This document shows positions 55,676-64,000 of a stretch of DNA of 64,000 nt, piece after piece. Origin of the DNA: Myxococcota bacterium (lineage in GTDB: Bacteria; Myxococcota_A; UBA9042); NCBI GenBank assembly GCA_049317445.1, contig JBMOIG010000003.1, positions 31,825 through 95,824 of the forward strand, given 5' to 3'. Position 1 is the stretch's first letter, and every line of letters begins with the position of its first letter. The notes under the pieces are model-generated. The model had not been told where the DNA came from. It saw nothing but the letters and a program-made list of their open reading frames with translations, and did not search any database. The translations under genes and the position numbers were made by a program.

Positions 55676-57454
55676 ATGAACGGCCAAGCCAAGTCGAACG
55701 TCCTCGCGCGTCACCTGTTTCCGGCCGCGTGCCTGACCGCCGCGATGCTGCTTGTCGGCTGTGCGGAGTCGGGGCCAGCCGCGGTGGCCAGCAGCGGCTT
55801 GGAGCTGTGGTTCGCCAGCCTGACCTCACAAGGCTGTGCTGCCACCACCAACGGACAAGGGGTGGTCCCCGCGACCGTGACGACCCTTGCCGCCGTGCTG
55901 ACCCGACCAGACCAGACCCAAGAGACGTTCAAGGTGTCCAAGAGCACCGTGCAAGGCAAGGGCTCATGGCTGCTGACTGGCCTTCCCGTTGGCCAGGACA
56001 TCGACCTCGAGCTGTTCGGCTGCGACGCGTCCCATAAGGTCGTCTACTCGGGGCGGACCAATGACGTCGCCGTCGTTGACCAAGCCGAGACCGTCGCGCG
56101 CGTCTTTCTGGCTCCCGTCGCGCAGTTGGCTTGCACCGGCGGACCCGGCGGCTCCGCGACGCTGAAGGGCGCTCGCAGTCTCGCCGGGGCCGCAGCTTTG
56201 TTCGACGGTCAGGCCGTCGTCGCGGGCGGGATCAAGGAGTGGTCCTCTGCCGACAAGAGCGGCACCGCGTCGAGCGACGTTGACGTCTACGATTATCGCT
56301 TGGGCGCGTTCCGTCCGGCTCCCAGTTTGCTCGTTGGGCGCATCCAGCCACACGTCCATGCCCTGCCACCGCTGGCCGCCGACCCCACCATCCGCCGCGT
56401 GCTCGTGGCTGGCGGCGTGACCTCAGTCAAGCTGTTCGGCTCCACCGCGCTGCCCTCGCCCTTGATGGCTCCCGGCAAGGTCGACGAAGCCCTGCCGCCG
56501 ATTGCCGCTGAGGTGGTCGAGTTGAGCGATGCGGGCCAGTCCACGCAGTCGACGGCGGACATCGGCGTCGGCGCGCGACCGCTCAGTTCGTCGATTCATC
56601 TGGGGTCGGAGATCCTGTTCGCGGGCGGCGTCGACGATGCGGGGGCGCCGCTGGCGCAGGCGAGCCGACTGCCCAACCTGACCGACGTGGCCGCGGGCAT
56701 CGCCGTGCAAAGCGTGGGCGTGACCCTCTCGGCCGCGCGCGCGCGCCCGGCGCTGCTCAAATTCCCCGACGGCACGGTCGTGGTCTGGGGCGGTAACGCG
56801 TCGAAGGCCGTCGCCGACTTGGGCGAGGTGCTGGAGCCGGCCGGCACGACCGGCAAGGCCCTGACGATCACGGGAGACGCAGCGATCCTGGCGGATGCCA
56901 ACTTGGCCACCATCGGTCCGGTCGCCGTGGTCCTTGCCAGCTCCGCAGATACCCTCGCATTCCTCGTCGCCGGTGGCCTTCCGTACGCCCAGCCGATTCG
57001 CAGCGAGAATGCCCCCACCTACGTCGTCGTCGTCAGCCGCGCCTCCAAGTCGGCCGAAATCAAGCCGGTCGATCTGGGTGGCTCGGTGTTGCGGGCGGGT
57101 CTGGGCACGGTCGCCATCCGGCTGCCCAGCGGTCACATCCTGTTCGCGGGCGGTTTGGTCGCGCCGATGGACGTCCCCGACGTTTGCTCGACCGTTGGCG
57201 AGTGCATCCTCGACACGTTCACCCTCATCGAACCGTCAGTGGACGTGACCGCCGCCACGGTCGTGCTGACCGTTACCACCGGCAGCTTGGGTCAGCCCAG
57301 CTTCGGCATGGCGGCCGCGCCCCTGCCGACGGGTGCGCTGCTGGCTGGTGGACAACTCAGCGTCAGCACGGAGGCTGATGTGCTCGACGCCGTGGGTCAG
57401 GTGTTCGTGACCGGTCCGTCGGCGGAGCGGCAAGCGGTGCTCTGCGGGCCCTAG
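55676..57454 (+). CDS. hypothetical Gly/Ala-rich lipoprotein (possible beta-propeller)
   Basis: ATG at 55676 follows the RBS gggagg. MNGQAKSNVLARHLFPAACLTAAMLLVGCAES gives a lipobox. Repeated segments of the form ..AGG....G.. suggest repeated blades. Confidence 0.45.
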   Translation: MNGQAKSNVLARHLFPAACLTAAMLLVGCAESGPAAVASSGLELWFASLTSQGCAATTNGQGVVPATVTTLAAVLTRPDQTQETFKVSKSTVQGKGSWLLTGLPVGQDIDLELFGCDASHKVVYSGRTNDVAVVDQAETVARVFLAPVAQLACTGGPGGSATLKGARSLAGAAALFDGQAVVAGGIKEWSSADKSGTASSDVDVYDYRLGAFRPAPSLLVGRIQPHVHALPPLAADPTIRRVLVAGGVTSVKLFGSTALPSPLMAPGKVDEALPPIAAEVVELSDAGQSTQSTADIGVGARPLSSSIHLGSEILFAGGVDDAGAPLAQASRLPNLTDVAAGIAVQSVGVTLSAARARPALLKFPDGTVVVWGGNASKAVADLGEVLEPAGTTGKALTITGDAAILADANLATIGPVAVVLASSADTLAFLVAGGLPYAQPIRSENAPTYVVVVSRASKSAEIKPVDLGGSVLRAGLGTVAIRLPSGHILFAGGLVAPMDVPDVCSTVGECILDTFTLIEPSVDVTAATVVLTVTTGSLGQPSFGMAAAPLPTGALLAGGQLSVSTEADVLDAVGQVFVTGPSAERQAVLCGP

Positions 57455-57481
57455 CCCCAACGCGCCACAAGGCAGGAACCC

Positions 57482-58420
57482 TTGCGAATTTCCCCTGAGA
57501 AGACGGCGCTTTTGCGGCAACGCGAACGCGAGGGAACGACCTTGCTCCGGCGACTGCCCGAGTGGATCCGGGCGCCGCTGCCCGGCGGTGAGCGCTATGC
57601 CGGCATCAAGAACCGCCTGCGCGAGCGCGGCTTGCACACGGTCTGCGAAGAAGCCCAGTGTCCCAACATCGGCGAGTGCTGGAATCAGGGGACTGCGACC
57701 CTGATGCTGATGGGCGACACGTGCACGCGGTCGTGTCGGTTCTGCGCCGTCACCACCCACCCGCGCCCCGCACCGCTGGACCCCGACGAGCCCGAAAAGG
57801 CCGCAGAACAAGTCGCGTTGATGGAGTTGGACTATGTGGTGCTGACCAGCGTGAACCGCGACGACCTGCCCGACGGCGGCGCGGCCCACTTCGCGGCGAC
57901 CATTCGCTCCATCCGCGAGCACAGCCCCCGCACACTGGTCGAGGTGCTGACGCCCGACTTCGAAGGCGTTGCGGCCGACATCGAGACCGTCGCGGACGCC
58001 CTGCCCCACGTATTCGCGCACAACGTGGAGACGGTGGAGGCCCTGACGCCGCAGCTTCGCGACCGCCGTGCGTCGTACCGACAAAGCCTCGAAGTGCTGT
58101 CGGTGGTGCGGCGCAGGCACCCGACGATGGTCACCAAGTCTTCGATCATGCTGGGCATTGGCGAGACCGCCGAGCAGGTGGAGCAGACCCTTGCCGACCT
58201 GCGGGCCCATGACGTCGACGCCGTGACCTTCGGCCAGTACCTGCGGCCGTCGCCCTGGCACCACGACGTGGTCCGGTTCGCCGAACCCGACGAGTTCCAG
58301 CGCTGGCACGACCGCGCGATGGCGTTGGGGTTCAAGTACTGCGCTTCAGGCCCGCTGGTGCGGTCCAGCTATCGCGCCGGCGAGTACTACCTGAGAAGTC
58401 TTGTGGAAGGGCGCAAGTAG
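57482..58420 (+). CDS. lipA: lipoyl synthase LipA
   Basis: CEEAQCPNIGECW is the auxiliary cluster and CTRSCRFCAV is the radical SAM CX3CX2C. The ORF begins with TTG, so the start is uncertain. Confidence 0.85.
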   Translation: MRISPEKTALLRQREREGTTLLRRLPEWIRAPLPGGERYAGIKNRLRERGLHTVCEEAQCPNIGECWNQGTATLMLMGDTCTRSCRFCAVTTHPRPAPLDPDEPEKAAEQVALMELDYVVLTSVNRDDLPDGGAAHFAATIRSIREHSPRTLVEVLTPDFEGVAADIETVADALPHVFAHNVETVEALTPQLRDRRASYRQSLEVLSVVRRRHPTMVTKSSIMLGIGETAEQVEQTLADLRAHDVDAVTFGQYLRPSPWHHDVVRFAEPDEFQRWHDRAMALGFKYCASGPLVRSSYRAGEYYLRSLVEGRK

Positions 58421-58464
58421 CCACTCTGCCGAACCCTGCTTCACGCCACCGGTCGCCCCGTCCG

Positions 58465-61400
58465 TCACTTGCAGCCGACGTCCTTGACGCAGGTCTGGCC
58501 AGCCGTGCACGTCGGTCCGCCGTAGCACGTGCACTTGCCGTCACCCGCGCAAGTGCTTCCGATCACAAGCGTACACAGGTTGACGTTGCCGCACAGGCAC
58601 TGGTCTGCGCCGTTCGAACCGCCCGGCTTGCACAACGCACCGCCCACACACCCGGCGTCGCCGATGCACACCTGCGCCCCCTGGTCGGTGCACTTGTAGA
58701 TGCCCGTGGCGCATGAGTCGCTGTCGGCCCCGTCGCACTTGGTGCCGGGCGAGAAGCCTTCGTCGGTCTGGCCGTCGCAGTCGTCGTCCTTCTGGTTGCA
58801 CAACTCGGTGAAGCTCTTGGTCTCCTGGCACTCTGTCTTGGCGGGTCCCGCGCAAACCGTGGTGCCGTTGGAGCACTTGTCGTCGTCAGGACCGTCGCAG
58901 GTTGCGCCGACGCCAAAGCCCTCGTCGGTCTGGCCATCGCAGTCGTTGTCCTGACCGTCGCAGACCTCAACCTGATTCGGCACGCTCTCGGGCGGGCAGG
59001 TGACGTTCTTGCCGTCCAAGGTGCAGCTCCAGACGCCGAACGCGCACAAGTCCTCGTCGGTGCCGTCGCAGGCCTGACCGAGCTGCGGGTACGGCTCGTC
59101 CGTCAACCCATTGCAATCATTATCCTTGCCGTCGCAGATCTCGTCGCTCGCCGCGCCGGTTTCGACGCCGCAGACCAAGGCCATCTTGTTGGCGGCGCAC
59201 TCGAAGACGCCGTTCTTGCACTGGTCCGCGTCAGGCCCGTCGCACGGCTGCCCGCGGCTGGGGTACGGGTCATCGGTCACGCCGTCGCAGTTGTTGTCGA
59301 GGTTGTCGCAAAGCGTTTCCTTGGCCTCGTAACCTGCGCCCGCGTACGAACACTTCCAGTTGCCCGCGAGGCACACCGCCGTCAGCGCTGCCTGGCACAC
59401 CCCCTTCATGTTGCAGGTCGACTTCTTGGGGTCGAGGCTCTCGTCAGTTTGGGCGTTGCAGTCGTTGTCCTTGCCGTCGCATAGCTCAGGTTTGGCCTGA
59501 CTGTTCGAGCCGTCCGGGTTGACCGAGCACACCGCCTTCTTGGCCATGCACACGACCGTCCCCAAGCCGCATTCGCCGATGCCGGAACAAGGCGCACCCA
59601 CCGGCAACCCGCTGTATTTCAATGTGTCGTCGGTCTTGCCGTTGCAGTCGTTGTCCAGCGAATCGCACTCCTCGACCTTGGCTTGGCTCGCGCCGCCATC
59701 GGGGTTGGTCGAACACGTGGCGATCAGGTTGTCCTTGCTGCACACCACTGTTCCCAAGCCGCAAATACCATAGCCCTTGCACTGTCCGAGGAGCTTGGTA
59801 CCGGAGTAGGTGAAGTCCTCGTCGGTCTTGCCGTCGCAGTCGTTGTCCTTGCCGTCGCAGACCTCGGGGATGTCCATCGCCTCTTCGCAGACGCGCATCG
59901 CCGGATCCTGCTGTGAGCAACTCCACTTGCCCGTCTTGCAGCTGTCGTTGTCGGGACCGTCGCAGGTCACGCCGATGTCGAAGCCCTCGTCTGTCTCGCC
60001 GTTGCAGTCGTTGTCGATGCCGTCGCAAAGAGTCTCCGCTCCCTGCCAGCCGGAGATTGCGGAGTAGTCGCACTTCCATTGGCCGTTGGCTTGGCACGTT
60101 GCAGTGACCTTGCCCGTCGCGCACACACCTGCCTTCAGGCAGGGGGCGTCGGACAGCGTCAGGCCGTTGTCGGTCAAGCCGTCGCAGTCGTTGTCCTTGC
60201 CGTCGCACACCTCAGCCTTGGACTGCGAAGCGGTGCCGTTCTTCAGGGTCGAGCAGGTGACCTGCTTGTCGCCGCCGCACTCCACCTTGCCCGCGCCGCA
60301 CTCGCCCACGCCGTCGCAGGCTTGGCCCAAGCTCTTGCCCTTCCAAGCGAGCGCGTCGTCGGTTAGACCGTTGCAGTCGTTGTCCAAGCCGTCGCAAAGC
60401 TCCTTGCCGTCGAAGATCAGGTAGGCGTCGGGGTTGGTCGAGCACGTCGCCTTGAAGGTGATCGGCGAGCAGACGACCTTGCCGGTGCCGCAAGCGCCGA
60501 TGCCCTTGCAGCTCGCGCCCATCGTGCCGCCTTCGTAGATCTGCCCCTCGTCGGTCTGGCCGTCGCAGTCGTTGTCCTTGCCGTCGCACTTCTCGGCCGT
60601 GTCGACCACGATCTCGCTGGCACAAGTGGTTCCCTTGCCGTCGGGTGCACACTCAAAGACGCCGTTCTTGCACTGGTCCGCGTCGCTGCCGTCGCAGGGC
60701 TGCCCCAGCGTCGAGAAGGTCTCGTCGGTCAGTCCGTTGCAGTCGTTGTCCACGCCGTCGCACTGCTCGCCCTTCTGGAGGTCGTCTCCTTCGCAAGTCG
60801 CCTGCGAGCCGTCCTTGGCGCAGACCCACAAGCCGCCCTTGCACAGGTCTGCGTCGGGTCCGTCGCACTGCTGGCCGACCGGGAAGTCCTCGTCGGTCTT
60901 GCCATCGCAGTCGTCGTCCTTGCCGTTGCAGGTCTCGGTGATGTCCGATTGCGTCTCAGGGCCGCACAGGCTGAACAGCTTGTCGGCCGAGCACACCACC
61001 TTGCCCAGTGGACACAAGTCGCTGTCTGGCGTGTCGCACGCCAAACCGACCGAGAACTCGTCGTCGGTCTTGCCGTCGCAGTCGTTGTCGATGCCGTCGC
61101 AAAAGACCTCTGCGTCGCCCTGGAAGCCGGCCACCGCATCGTAATTGCACAGCCACTTTCCTGCCTTGCATGACGCTGTCACGTTCGACGTGCTGCAGAT
61201 GCCGGTCTTCTTGCAAGAGCTGTCGGTGACGTCGAGACCCTCGTCGATGTGTCCGTCGCAGTTGTTGTCGATGGCGTCGCAAACCTCAGGCTTGCCCTGA
61301 TACTTCGTGCCGCCCAGCATCGTCGAGCAGATCGCCGCTCCTGCCTGGCCGCACTCCACCTTGCCAGCGACCTTGCCGCATTCGCCGTTGCCGTAGCACT

Positions 61401-64000
61401 GCGCGCCGAGGGGTTGCCCTTGGAAGGTCATGCCCTCGTCGGTGTAGCCGTCGCAGTCGTTGTCCTTGCCATCGCAAGTCTCCGCCTGCGCTTGAGGCTG
61501 GGTGCCGTAGCCGTCTGTTGAGCACACCGCGACCTGCAGCTCAGGCGAGCAGACCACCTTGCCGGCGCCGCACACCCCCAAGCCCTTGCAGTCGGCGCCC
61601 AAGGTCTTGCCGAAGTAGGTCATGCCCTCGTCGGTCTGGCCGTCGCAGTCGTTGTCCGAACCGTCGCAGAGCTCGGGGATGTTGGTCTCGGTCTCGTTGG
61701 AGCAGACCACGCCCTTTCCATCCGTCGAGCACGTGAAGACGCCCTTCTTGCACACGTCCTCGTCGGGCCCGTCACAGCCCTGACCAAGCTGCATGAAGTA
61801 CTCGTCGGTCTTGCCGTTGCAGTTGTCGTCCAGACCGTTGCAAAGCTCAGGGACTGGGCCGACCTTGGGCACACACACCACCATCGCCTTGAAGCCCACG
61901 TGCACGCACGCCTGCTGGCCGGGCTGGCACAGGCCCTGCGAAGAGCCGCAAGCGCCTGGCAGCGCCTCCGGGTTGCCTTCGTCTGTGATGCCGTCGCAGT
62001 CGTCGTCCTTGTTGTTGCAAAGCTCCGGTGCGTTGGGGTGGATGTTCTTGTCGAAGGGCTTGCAGTCGACGCCCGCTGGGAAACCGTCGGCGTCGTCATC
62101 CGCTCCCACGATCTCGGCGCAATCCAGATCCTTGCCGTCACAATCCTGATCGATGCCGTCGCCGCACTTCTCGGGCGCGCCCGAATAGCTCAACGGGTCG
62201 CCCTCTGCGCAGTCTTCTTCTCCCACATGGCCGTCCTGATCGGTGTCCTTGAGGTCGCATGGGGTCACCTGACCGTCGCAGTCGCGGTCGCAGGCGGCAA
62301 GTGCTGCCTTGCTGTCTCCCAAAGCCGGGTCGCAGCAGCCTTCCTTCGCGCCGGGATGGAAGCCGGCGTCAAGCGGATTGCAGTCAGCGGGGCCGATCAC
62401 ACCGTCGCCGTCCGGGTCGTCGCCGTAGCAGATCTCGTCGGTCAGGCCGTCGCAGTCGTCGTCCTTGTCGTTGCCGGTGCCGGGCATCTTGCACAGCTCC
62501 GCCACGTCGGTGGTCGCCTCGGTCGGGCAGGCGACGCCCAACCCATCGGCCGAGCAGATGTACTTGCCCAGCTTGCAGGCGTCGGCATCGTCGGAGTCGC
62601 ACGCCTTGCCCAAGTCCTCGAAGTCCTCGTCGGTCTTGCCGTCGCAGTCGTCGTCAAAGCCGTTGCAGACCTCGGGTTCTCCGCCCTTGGCATCAATGCA
62701 AATGACCTGCGCGACAAGCGTCAGGTGGCTGCAGACCATCGTGCCGGGGGTGCAGGCGCCCGCGTTGTTGCCGCAAGACGAGCCGCCGCCCGGATTGCCG
62801 TCATCCTTGGCGCCGTCGCAATCGTCGTCGATGCCGTTGCAGATCTCTTTGGCTCCCGGGTGAATCAGGGGCGTCGAGTCGTCGCAATCCGACGGCACCA
62901 TGTAGCCGTCGCTGTCCTGGTCCAAGGCCGAGTCGCAAGCGATGTCGCCACCGTTGCAGTCCTGGTCGACCCCGTCGCCGCACTTCTCTGGCGCACCGGG
63001 GTGGATGGCCGCGTCCGTGTCGCTGCAATCTTCAGGCAGGGCAAAGCCGTCGCCATCCTTGTCGTACGCGCCGCAGGGCGTGACCATGCCGTCGCAGTTC
63101 AAGTCGCAAGCGAGCGTCAGGGCGGTAACGGGCACCGGCTGACCGCCAGTGGACGCTGCGAGCGCAAGACAGCAGCCCTCAGGCGCATTGGGGTGGATCT
63201 GCGGCTGGTACGGGGAGCAATCGGCCAGATCGGGCACGCCGTCGCCGTCCACGTCCTTGGGGGGGCAGCCCTCGTCAGTCTGACCGTTGCAGTCGTTGTC
63301 CTGACCGTCGCCGCAGGTGTCCTTCTTCAGCTTCTTGCCATCGGTCGAGCACGCGAGCTTCTTGTTGTCTGCAGCGCACACGAGCGTGCCACCTGCGCAA
63401 ACACCCACGCCGCACGGACTACCCAGGGCGGCAAACGTCTCGTCGGTTTGACCGTTGCAGTCGTTGTCCTGACCGTCGCACAGTTCCGCCGTGGGCAGCT
63501 TGGCTGAGCAAGTCGACCAGCCCGTCTCCGAACAAGTCTGTACGCCTTGGCACTTGCCGAGGGACGTCTGCAGCGCGCAGGCCCAGGTCGCGTCGACCCG
63601 ATCCGGGGTGCAGGAGCAGGTGCCGGACGCCGGAACGCACTGTTCTCCCTTGGAAAACGACTGGCAGACAAAGCCAACCGGACAGGCCTCGCCCGCCTCG
63701 CCGCCACACGTCACGCCGCACAGCGACTCGCCGGTGCCTTCCAGTGTCAGGCAAGTTCCACCCTTGCAGTCTTCATCGACCTTGCACGGCTTGCACAGAT
63801 CGCCGGGCAGGGGAGCGCAGTAGTGGATGGTCGTCGAGCCAGAGCCGGGCAGGATGCCGCAGCGCAAACCCGCCGGACACGACCCTTCGCAGGTCTCTGA
63901 GCAGAAGCCGTCGGCGCCCAGGGCCTTCAGGCACAGCTCCGACGTGCACTCCAAGTTGTCGGTGCAGGCATGGCCCAGGGGGAAGCCGGTGGGCGCCGTG
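58465..64000 (-). CDS. giant cysteine-rich repeat protein (CxxGxDNDC(D/N)GxTDE myxobacterial-type repeats), N-terminus outside window
   Basis: At least 1829 aa. Dozens of repeats have the form C(D/N)GxDNDC(D/N)G(Q/L/K)TDE(G/T/D), interleaved with CxxGxCxxGxxxC modules. The C-terminus ends ...VKDVGCK. The ORF is open to the window edge. Confidence 0.75.
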   Translation of the reverse strand, partial: TAPTGFPLGHACTDNLECTSELCLKALGADGFCSETCEGSCPAGLRCGILPGSGSTTIHYCAPLPGDLCKPCKVDEDCKGGTCLTLEGTGESLCGVTCGGEAGEACPVGFVCQSFSKGEQCVPASGTCSCTPDRVDATWACALQTSLGKCQGVQTCSETGWSTCSAKLPTAELCDGQDNDCNGQTDETFAALGSPCGVGVCAGGTLVCAADNKKLACSTDGKKLKKDTCGDGQDNDCNGQTDEGCPPKDVDGDGVPDLADCSPYQPQIHPNAPEGCCLALAASTGGQPVPVTALTLACDLNCDGMVTPCGAYDKDGDGFALPEDCSDTDAAIHPGAPEKCGDGVDQDCNGGDIACDSALDQDSDGYMVPSDCDDSTPLIHPGAKEICNGIDDDCDGAKDDGNPGGGSSCGNNAGACTPGTMVCSHLTLVAQVICIDAKGGEPEVCNGFDDDCDGKTDEDFEDLGKACDSDDADACKLGKYICSADGLGVACPTEATTDVAELCKMPGTGNDKDDDCDGLTDEICYGDDPDGDGVIGPADCNPLDAGFHPGAKEGCCDPALGDSKAALAACDRDCDGQVTPCDLKDTDQDGHVGEEDCAEGDPLSYSGAPEKCGDGIDQDCDGKDLDCAEIVGADDDADGFPAGVDCKPFDKNIHPNAPELCNNKDDDCDGITDEGNPEALPGACGSSQGLCQPGQQACVHVGFKAMVVCVPKVGPVPELCNGLDDNCNGKTDEYFMQLGQGCDGPDEDVCKKGVFTCSTDGKGVVCSNETETNIPELCDGSDNDCDGQTDEGMTYFGKTLGADCKGLGVCGAGKVVCSPELQVAVCSTDGYGTQPQAQAETCDGKDNDCDGYTDEGMTFQGQPLGAQCYGNGECGKVAGKVECGQAGAAICSTMLGGTKYQGKPEVCDAIDNNCDGHIDEGLDVTDSSCKKTGICSTSNVTASCKAGKWLCNYDAVAGFQGDAEVFCDGIDNDCDGKTDDEFSVGLACDTPDSDLCPLGKVVCSADKLFSLCGPETQSDITETCNGKDDDCDGKTDEDFPVGQQCDGPDADLCKGGLWVCAKDGSQATCEGDDLQKGEQCDGVDNDCNGLTDETFSTLGQPCDGSDADQCKNGVFECAPDGKGTTCASEIVVDTAEKCDGKDNDCDGQTDEGQIYEGGTMGASCKGIGACGTGKVVCSPITFKATCSTNPDAYLIFDGKELCDGLDNDCNGLTDDALAWKGKSLGQACDGVGECGAGKVECGGDKQVTCSTLKNGTASQSKAEVCDGKDNDCDGLTDNGLTLSDAPCLKAGVCATGKVTATCQANGQWKCDYSAISGWQGAETLCDGIDNDCNGETDEGFDIGVTCDGPDNDSCKTGKWSCSQQDPAMRVCEEAMDIPEVCDGKDNDCDGKTDEDFTYSGTKLLGQCKGYGICGLGTVVCSKDNLIATCSTNPDGGASQAKVEECDSLDNDCNGKTDDTLKYSGLPVGAPCSGIGECGLGTVVCMAKKAVCSVNPDGSNSQAKPELCDGKDNDCNAQTDESLDPKKSTCNMKGVCQAALTAVCLAGNWKCSYAGAGYEAKETLCDNLDNNCDGVTDDPYPSRGQPCDGPDADQCKNGVFECAANKMALVCGVETGAASDEICDGKDNDCNGLTDEPYPQLGQACDGTDEDLCAFGVWSCTLDGKNVTCPPESVPNQVEVCDGQDNDCDGQTDEGFGVGATCDGPDDDKCSNGTTVCAGPAKTECQETKSFTELCNQKDDDCDGQTDEGFSPGTKCDGADSDSCATGIYKCTDQGAQVCIGDAGCVGGALCKPGGSNGADQCLCGNVNLCTLVIGSTCAGDGKCTCYGGPTCTAGQTCVKDVGCK

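Noticed and set aside
1-64000. CRISPR arrays, transposases/IS elements, integrases, rRNA and tRNA
   Set aside because: None were detected. The only repetitive DNA is intragenic: the EPMRPV 18-bp x4 repeat, the cysteine-rich repeat gene and the Ig-like repeats of the giant adhesin.

Overview
This is a 64 kb window of very GC-rich (about 68-70%) chromosomal DNA. The abundance of lipoproteins, an FHA/coiled-coil protein, a huge DNDCDGxTDE cysteine-rich repeat protein and a giant FG-GAP/Ig-like adhesin points to a myxobacterial-type (Myxococcota-like) genome. Coding density is high on both strands, and many long antisense ORFs in the six-frame track are GC artefacts. I found no rRNA, tRNA, CRISPR array or transposase. 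Recognisable genes include hrpB, an alpha-galactosidase-like lipoprotein, two HAD phosphatases, a CX5R phosphatase lipoprotein, bamD, a PIN-PhoH (PhoH2) gene, an Opp-like ABC importer (SBP plus two permeases with unusually large periplasmic inserts and no ATPases), plsB, a polyphosphate block (CHAD, sixA, apaH, ppx, ppk1), tsaB, rseP and lipA. Two compact cassettes stand out as candidate undescribed systems. The first (about 42.4-45.0 kb, minus strand) is a RiPP-like operon: a 53-aa open reading frame with a strong RBS, then an HPr-kinase-C-like P-loop protein, a radical SAM/SPASM maturase and an S26 signal-peptidase-like protease. A PqqD/RRE-like gene lies 7 kb away on the far side of a 2370-aa adhesin-like lipoprotein gene that sits between them on the same strand. 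The second (36.3-39.4 kb, minus strand) is a four-gene operon of an AAA+ ATPase, DUF1257-like, DUF2997-like and a 242-aa unknown protein, immediately upstream of ppk1.
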